A stretch of 64,000 nucleotides of DNA from Candidatus Enterousia sp. (GTDB taxonomy: Bacteria > Pseudomonadota > Alphaproteobacteria > Rs-D84), in contig JAZLCH010000010.1 in assembly GCA_045614145.1 (NCBI GenBank), positions 82,489 through 146,488 of the forward strand, in the 5' to 3' direction. The position numbers and the translations under genes are program-made. Shown piece after piece: positions 57,561 to 64,000 of this stretch. Position 1 is the first letter of the stretch. Each line of letters opens with the position of its first letter. The notes under the pieces are model-generated. The model had not been told where the DNA came from, made no database searches, and saw only the letters and a list, made by a program, of their open reading frames with translations.

Positions 57561-57752
57561 GTCAGCGGGGGACAACTCCTGATGACCGGTTACTAAAGTA
57601 ACTGTGGGGACCAGAGGTTCAGACTCCCTCCTACATTCTCTCTCCTCTGGACTCTGGCCCCCAGCACAAGTTTAGAGTGCCCAATTTCTTTTTCTCCTTT
57701 CCTTCCTTTCGGGGCACTCGGAAATACCGCCGGCAACGGCGGTGTTTTTTTT
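57561..57752 (+). ncRNA. Candidate multi-hairpin sRNA with anti-SD loops
   Basis: TTGACA-N17-TATATT promoter (57525-57553); four hairpins, two with C/U-only loops; terminator ACCGCC-GGCAAC-GGCGGT plus T-run; no credible ORF. Confidence 0.65.
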
Positions 57753-57909
57753 CATTGCCGCGCAGGCGGTAACAGCCCACCCCCCCATTGCGCAACGCGC
57801 ACCAAATAAAAATTCTAAGATCCGGGGCCCGGTGCATACCCCAGGATGACAAAAAGCCCACCCTATTACACTAACCATAAAAAAAACCGCCGTTCGGCGG
57901 TTTTTTTCA

Positions 57910-60900
57910 TCAGAATCTGTACGAACCAGATACACGGATATTATGCAACTGAATATCATGATTATACTGATAACGATAATCAATGCCAAATTGCAATCCA
58001 TTCGCTGACAGCATTTCTATACCGCCACCGATATTCGCCCAGAATGGTTCAATTTCAACATTGTATTTAGTATACACATCCGCCGCGGCGAATTTGTATT
58101 TCGCATTATTCGGCGCGCCCAACACATCATATTCAATACCAACCGACGCATATGGACGGATCTGGAACCATGCCGATGGATATATACGTTTCTGCGCAGT
58201 CAAAGAATAACCCGGCGTTAACATCAGATAACCATCTGACTTCATCCGCATATAATCATGGTCATCAACTTTTTCTTTGACATTGAAACCAAAATTATAC
58301 CCAGCGCGCGCATATAAATTACCAACGATATACTGATTCAAGATATCATGCATAATCCCCCATTCAGAAATCAAACTGAATGCCGCACCATCACCATCGA
58401 TTGTATCAACATAGTTTTGACTGCGATTTACATCCAAAACATGCAAATCAACAAACGCATTACCGTACAAACGCACCTTTTCATTGACAGTCTTCATCAA
58501 ATAACCACCAAATGCCAGATTTGTATCTGCCACTTCGATATCAACATGTCCATTAATCGATTCGCCTGGGATATATCCTAAATCCATCTTATCTGAAACC
58601 TTAGAAGACGTACGTGCAACACGCCCCGTCAGTCCTAATTGCAACGTATTTGATTCCTGCCAATCAAATCCGCCAGAAATACTGAAACGATTGCCATCAG
58701 TATGTTTACCATCCTGGACATTTTGATACAGCATGCCATAATCTACATCCAACCATGCTTTTTTCAAATTACGGTTACGGTTCCATATAAATTCGTCAAA
58801 CATACGATCTTCAAACGAACGAAACGCCGTGTGTTCATTCAAAGCAATACTGCCTGCGATTTGTTCCATTTCACGCGGTTGAAACAAACGAGCAAAGTTT
58901 GCAAACATCCCTGCATCTCGATTTGTTTCCTTATAATATTCCATACGATTATACAATTCATTCGCCATTTGCTGCATATTTGTACCGCGGAAAACCAATG
59001 GGATTACTTCTATCGGAGTACGATTCAAGAATTTTTTATCCTTTAAGCGTCCTGCAATCATATTATCCAATGCCCCTGCCGACACGATCTCGCCACGGGT
59101 ATTTAATTGATAATCTGCAACAATCGGCTGTAACCCAAAGACTTCAATCGGACCACCAAAACGCGGATCAAATACAATGTACATATCATTATCACGTGCT
59201 GCAATATATGCTGGTGCATCATCCCCGGTACCATTATCAACATTCAAAGAATCCAAATAATCATAACACAATGAACCATCTGCATTGCAATAACGCACCT
59301 CTAGATTACGAACCTTGTTCAATGCTGTTGCATCAACAACACCGCCATTTGCATGCAGGAACCAAATCGCAGTCCCCTGATCAACAATATCACGTAACGA
59401 TATACCGATTTGCCCACCTGCCAACGGTGTTGCATCAGAATTTGCCTGCAAAGATGTCGCGTTCTGTCCTGCGGTAAACTTACCTGCGACATTAATCATC
59501 GCCGCCCCATCCGTTGCATTTTCAATCTTTACCATTCCTTCTTCATCCAACAACACGCGTGACCAATAATTTACATCGGTTGAATCAATTGTGCTGCCCG
59601 CAGCATACGGCAAGATAACCGCATTAATATTGCTGCCACCATTAAAGACATAATCCCCAGAAACGGTCATCTTCTCCAGACCGATAAAGTCAACATTCCC
59701 AGAAACACTGCCATTAACATTAACATTCATCCAATTATCTACTGGTACCGCGACGAAGCGCAAATCAGTTGCATTAATAGACCCACCAACATCTATATCG
59801 CTAGAATTAATAACCAATGTACCATTCTGGCTAATTCCACCGACATTCAAATTCGATGTATTAATAACATAATTTGCAGAAATTACATTTATATCCTTGT
59901 TATCCAATCTGCTGCTGTTACCCTGATACAAAATCCCATCTGTATTTAGCGCCGTCGTCAAATCCAACCCCACACCACTGAACACGACATTACCACCATT
60001 CATGGCCAATGTATCCAACGAAACAACACCCTTCTGTGAATCCAACATCAAAGTATCTGCATTAATGGTCAAATTACCTAAATTAATTCCATTTTTTGCC
60101 GATAATGTTAAATCTGCATTATTCGTTAACGATGTCGCAGTAATTGTACTGCCTGCATTAATCGTTGCAGATGCGCCAACTGCAGTATTTATTGCGCCAT
60201 TTACACGCAACGCAGTCCCAATACTATATAACGTATCTGCTGCATCAATATTAAAATCGCCCCCGACAACCAAATTATTCGCAGAAAACACATCAGCCGA
60301 GTGATTCAACATCCCCGAATCGCCCCACTGAACGAAATCACCAGAAACACTAACATTTCCTGTAACATTGACGTTCGATACATCTAAATTTGCAACCGAC
60401 GTATCATTAACAGTTACCGAATCTGCCGACAAAGTATAAGAAGACAAATTCATCACACCTGCAGACTGTGAAATATCATCTGCCGTGATACTTGTCCCTG
60501 CTGTTACATCGAACAAATCACCACTGGTCGAAACACCACCAAATACAGCACTGTTATCAGACACCACCACCAAACGCGAAGTGTTCGTAACATCCGCCAG
60601 ATTCACATCTGCCCCAGAAATTGTCATATCGTCTTTGTTTGTAACCAAGTCCGATACAGACACAGCATCCGCCGCATCAATATTAACAATACCATTATTT
60701 ACAATTGTACCATTGACCATAACGTTTTCTGACGCCGTCATATCCAAAGTATTAACACTGCCAACTGATATTGCACCAACGTCGATATCATTCGCACTCA
60801 TATTCAACGTATTCACATCACGAACAACAATACCCGCAGAAATGGAAACAGGATCTGCAGACGGATCAAAATACAAATTACCATCCACATTAATATCGCC

Positions 60901-62988
60901 ATTTGTTGCAACCAAACTCTGACCATGCAATTTAAACAAGCCATTACCTGAAATATTCGCTGCCGACACTTCACTTACAAACGATTCAAACACACCGGCA
61001 TCATTAACCAACAAATCGCCACCAATTTCTGCCACGCCAGCATTCACCGCATCACCCAAGGTCAAACGCCCCATATTTGCGACATAGACATTACCGACAA
61101 CCTTGGTCAATTCTGTATCAAATTGCACACTGCGCGTCGCATCTGCCTCTGTCAGGTCAACATTTCCACCGACCGTAACAGACGACGCCGTCAAAACAAA
61201 CGGATTCCCCTTAACTGTGACATTCATATCACCTGCCGCATTTGTCGGGCTGGCAGATGCGACAACATCACCACTGACCTGGACAGCCCCACCAACCGTC
61301 AATGTCTTTAAACTGTCACCCAGATTCAACGCCCCTCCCGTCACAGCCACCGCACCATTAACACTGGCTGCCCCGGCCAAAGCATTCAAATTAACAACAC
61401 CACCCAACGCGTTAATTGCACCAATTTGAACCGCCCCGCCATCTGTATCAGATCCGCGAATCGTTGTTGTACCACTGTTATTTATAACTGCGCCACCAAC
61501 ACTCACATCCTTGGCCCAAACCGTTGTTTGTCCATCTGTATTGGTCAAGGCACCAGAAATCGTAACCTTGCCGGTCGGTGCCGTCAATGATGACACCGTC
61601 AAATTCGCCGTCTCGCCAGTATTTGTAACGTCCACCAACGCAACATTATTTCCATTCAATACCATTGTTGCCTGATTAGAAACACCGCCCGTCGCCGTCA
61701 ACACCCCCATTGCAGATACAGTTGTCGCCCCTGATTTCCCGACAATAACGCCATTAACAGTAACATTACCGTCATCTGCATCCGCATTTTCACCACCTGC
61801 AATAACCGACAATTTATCCCCGGAATTTGTGATTGAATCTGCAACAACATTCAACGCCGACAAAGACATATCAGCATTTGCATTCACTGTATCACCCGCA
61901 CCAATACCATTTTGTATCTGTCCTGCGCTGACATCTCCTGCTGTTACAGCTAACTGAAAATCATTAGAATAATTAGAAAACAGCTGCTCTAAATTCGACC
62001 CCAGCAATGTGCCTGTCTTCAAATGAAAGACATTATCTGCCTTCATCCCCGCCAAATTCACACCATTTGCAAAATTCGTTTCCCCTGAAACCGTCGCATA
62101 GAAATCCCCTGAATTTAAAAGAGAATACTGCGCCCCTGTTCCAGAAATCGTCATATTTTTAACATCCAACAGCATCTTGCCACCTGCAACAGTGTTTGTC
62201 AAAGCACCCGACACATTCAAATCAGCCCCACTTACGACCAATTCTGCTGCTGCATTATTTGCCATTCCGCCAACAACGTCTATATCCGTGTCCGCAGTTA
62301 TTACCATATTACCTGCGTTATTCTGAATCGTACCATTTGATGCAATCACAGCCCCTGACACTTCTGTCACACCTGTTCCATTAACGACCAGACCATCAAA
62401 TCCAACTGCGCCCGCCGAATCGACACTCAAATTACCTGTATTAACATCAATTGCACCAACATCAACCGAATTTGCCCCAACAGACAAATTCCCATACAGT
62501 GTCACCGCCCCATCAACCGTCAGGGCATCAATATTCTGCAACAGTAAAGCAGCACTTTTTTCTGTATTTCCGACCTGAATTCCGCCGTTTCCAACATCTA
62601 AATCCGCCACATCACCCAATTTAAAAGACAACGTATTCCCATCTACAACCTGCAGCATTGCGCCAATTGAAACATCCCCCTGGGATTCAATTGTAAATGT
62701 ATCACCAACAGAACTTAATATATACAAATTTCCTGACTGGCTGCCCTGATATGGAACACCATAATATAAATTCTCTGTGACAGAAAAACCATTCTGGGAC
62801 ACAATTCCATCTATGGACGGAAATTCATTAGACGCAGCAATCTCAATCGTATTACCCGCCGCCATCGCATCCAGCCACGCGTCACTCTCTGTTGAAACGA
62901 AAGTATTCCCAATTTCCGGGTTCACAACAACCGCCCCTGCCCCCAATGGCAACAGGCAGCAAGCAAAAGAAACAAGCCTTTTAATCAT
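57910..62988 (-). CDS. Large autotransporter-like outer-membrane protein
   Basis: Signal peptide, long G/N/V/S/T-rich beta-helix-like passenger, C-terminal alternating beta-barrel ending in SYRF. Confidence 0.8.
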   Translation of the reverse strand: MIKRLVSFACCLLPLGAGAVVVNPEIGNTFVSTESDAWLDAMAAGNTIEIAASNEFPSIDGIVSQNGFSVTENLYYGVPYQGSQSGNLYILSSVGDTFTIESQGDVSIGAMLQVVDGNTLSFKLGDVADLDVGNGGIQVGNTEKSAALLLQNIDALTVDGAVTLYGNLSVGANSVDVGAIDVNTGNLSVDSAGAVGFDGLVVNGTGVTEVSGAVIASNGTIQNNAGNMVITADTDIDVVGGMANNAAAELVVSGADLNVSGALTNTVAGGKMLLDVKNMTISGTGAQYSLLNSGDFYATVSGETNFANGVNLAGMKADNVFHLKTGTLLGSNLEQLFSNYSNDFQLAVTAGDVSAGQIQNGIGAGDTVNANADMSLSALNVVADSITNSGDKLSVIAGGENADADDGNVTVNGVIVGKSGATTVSAMGVLTATGGVSNQATMVLNGNNVALVDVTNTGETANLTVSSLTAPTGKVTISGALTNTDGQTTVWAKDVSVGGAVINNSGTTTIRGSDTDGGAVQIGAINALGGVVNLNALAGAASVNGAVAVTGGALNLGDSLKTLTVGGAVQVSGDVVASASPTNAAGDMNVTVKGNPFVLTASSVTVGGNVDLTEADATRSVQFDTELTKVVGNVYVANMGRLTLGDAVNAGVAEIGGDLLVNDAGVFESFVSEVSAANISGNGLFKLHGQSLVATNGDINVDGNLYFDPSADPVSISAGIVVRDVNTLNMSANDIDVGAISVGSVNTLDMTASENVMVNGTIVNNGIVNIDAADAVSVSDLVTNKDDMTISGADVNLADVTNTSRLVVVSDNSAVFGGVSTSGDLFDVTAGTSITADDISQSAGVMNLSSYTLSADSVTVNDTSVANLDVSNVNVTGNVSVSGDFVQWGDSGMLNHSADVFSANNLVVGGDFNIDAADTLYSIGTALRVNGAINTAVGASATINAGSTITATSLTNNADLTLSAKNGINLGNLTINADTLMLDSQKGVVSLDTLAMNGGNVVFSGVGLDLTTALNTDGILYQGNSSRLDNKDINVISANYVINTSNLNVGGISQNGTLVINSSDIDVGGSINATDLRFVAVPVDNWMNVNVNGSVSGNVDFIGLEKMTVSGDYVFNGGSNINAVILPYAAGSTIDSTDVNYWSRVLLDEEGMVKIENATDGAAMINVAGKFTAGQNATSLQANSDATPLAGGQIGISLRDIVDQGTAIWFLHANGGVVDATALNKVRNLEVRYCNADGSLCYDYLDSLNVDNGTGDDAPAYIAARDNDMYIVFDPRFGGPIEVFGLQPIVADYQLNTRGEIVSAGALDNMIAGRLKDKKFLNRTPIEVIPLVFRGTNMQQMANELYNRMEYYKETNRDAGMFANFARLFQPREMEQIAGSIALNEHTAFRSFEDRMFDEFIWNRNRNLKKAWLDVDYGMLYQNVQDGKHTDGNRFSISGGFDWQESNTLQLGLTGRVARTSSKVSDKMDLGYIPGESINGHVDIEVADTNLAFGGYLMKTVNEKVRLYGNAFVDLHVLDVNRSQNYVDTIDGDGAAFSLISEWGIMHDILNQYIVGNLYARAGYNFGFNVKEKVDDHDYMRMKSDGYLMLTPGYSLTAQKRIYPSAWFQIRPYASVGIEYDVLGAPNNAKYKFAAADVYTKYNVEIEPFWANIGGGIEMLSANGLQFGIDYRYQYNHDIQLHNIRVSGSYRF

Positions 62989-63092
62989 TTTTTATTTCCT
63001 TCCCATATCAATTATGATATATAGTATAGAACATTTCGTTAAATCAAGGCAAGACGAAATTAACTATGTTCAGTATCAGAAGGAGAAAAAAT

Positions 63093-64000
63093 ATGTTCGA
63101 AATAAAAAAGATTCACGCACGCCAAATTATGGACAGTCGTGGCAACCCAACAATTGAGTGCGACATTGAATTATCCGGAGGTGCATTCGGTCGTGCTGCC
63201 GTTCCATCTGGCGCATCAACTGGCACCTTTGAAGCCCTGGAACTACGCGATGGTGGCAATGCCTACATGGGCAAAGGCGTTCTGACGGCTGTAAAAAACG
63301 TAAATGAAATTATTGCCCCTGCATTAACTGGCATGGACGCATCCAAACAAACCGAACTGGACGAGAAAATGCTGGCCTTGGACGGTACAACAAACAAAGA
63401 CAAACTGGGGGCGAATGCAATCCTGGCTGTATCAATGGCTTTGGCACACGCTGCCGCAAACGCAAAACACATTCCATTATATAAATATATTGCAGACGTT
63501 TATGGCAACGACACGCCATGCGTATTACCACGTCCAATGATGAACATTATTAACGGTGGCGCACACGCAGACAACGGCCTGGACGCCCAAGAATTCATGA
63601 TTATTCCAAACGGAGCCACATCTGAAAACGAAGCGATTCGCATGGGCTCAGAAATTTTCCACAATTTAAAGTCTATTTTAAAGAAAGGCGGCAATTCAAC
63701 AAACGTCGGTGACGAAGGCGGTTTTGCACCAAACTTCAATTCCTGCGCCGAAGCATTGGACACAATTGTTGCGGCAATACGTTCCGCGGGATATGAACCA
63801 GGCACCCAGGTTTCAATCGGACTGGACGTTGCATCATCTGAATTCTATTCCAATGGCGTTTACAATTTCGAAGGAAAGAAGTTAACCTCTGATGAAATGA
63901 TTGAATTTTACGAAAAATTAATTTCAGACTACCCTATTATCTCTATCGAAGATGCCTTGGCCGAAGAAGATTGGGACGGCTGGAAGAAACTGACCGAAAA
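63093..64000 (+). CDS. eno: Enolase (runs off window end)
   Basis: My translation from ATG 63093: [22 protein letters not shown]...[36 protein letters not shown]. Confidence 0.97.
   Translation, partial: MFEIKKIHARQIMDSRGNPTIECDIELSGGAFGRAAVPSGASTGTFEALELRDGGNAYMGKGVLTAVKNVNEIIAPALTGMDASKQTELDEKMLALDGTTNKDKLGANAILAVSMALAHAAANAKHIPLYKYIADVYGNDTPCVLPRPMMNIINGGAHADNGLDAQEFMIIPNGATSENEAIRMGSEIFHNLKSILKKGGNSTNVGDEGGFAPNFNSCAEALDTIVAAIRSAGYEPGTQVSIGLDVASSEFYSNGVYNFEGKKLTSDEMIEFYEKLISDYPIISIEDALAEEDWDGWKKLTE

Noticed and set aside
57631-58001. Short minus-strand ORFs (57631-57861, 57672-58001)
   Set aside because: They overlap terminators and the structured RNA candidate; no protein-like features.
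210-63805. Numerous shadow ORFs in the track and upstream-extended starts (e.g. 82, 8431, 9284, 45819, 55280)
   Set aside because: They are antisense or out of frame to well-supported genes; starts were reassigned using RBS position and family N-termini.

Overview
Chromosomal window from a small-genome alphaproteobacterium-like organism, judged from its housekeeping proteins: tkt fragment, rnhA, rlmE, uvrA, rodZ, dusB, fabI, rne, dnaB, birA and eno fragment. Two accessory regions stand out. (1) A ~22 kb island (9383-31355) sits in the anticodon loop of the host tRNA-Arg(UCU) gene. The host tRNA is left split into two halves 22 kb apart and is not repaired; instead the island carries its own complete, sequence-divergent tRNA-Arg(UCU). 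The island has a satellite/PICI-like core (int, xis, rep with iterons, cos-like site, terS). Its cargo is a CBASS (CD-NTase-NucC-ASCH), a HaeIII-type R-M system, a Fic protein, two extra recombinases and an unusual enzyme cluster (kinase, GT2, HAD phosphatase, MurA/NikO-like enolpyruvyl transferase, GT4, AsnB-like ligase, ABC-F). (2) A compact, integrase-less set of podovirus-type (T7/BPP-1-like) virion genes (43184-55783) is interleaved with host genes and looks like a domesticated gene transfer agent. Its large terminase is split into two intact ORFs (ATPase half and nuclease half), separated by an opposite-strand dnaB-regulator-hypothetical block. Its promoter is followed by tandem terminators, suggesting antitermination control. 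Also present are a candidate ~190-nt sRNA with anti-Shine-Dalgarno loops, a stand-alone SRP M-domain protein, a repeat-rich exported protein and a 1692-aa autotransporter-like protein. All family calls come from motif recognition by eye; no database searches were run.
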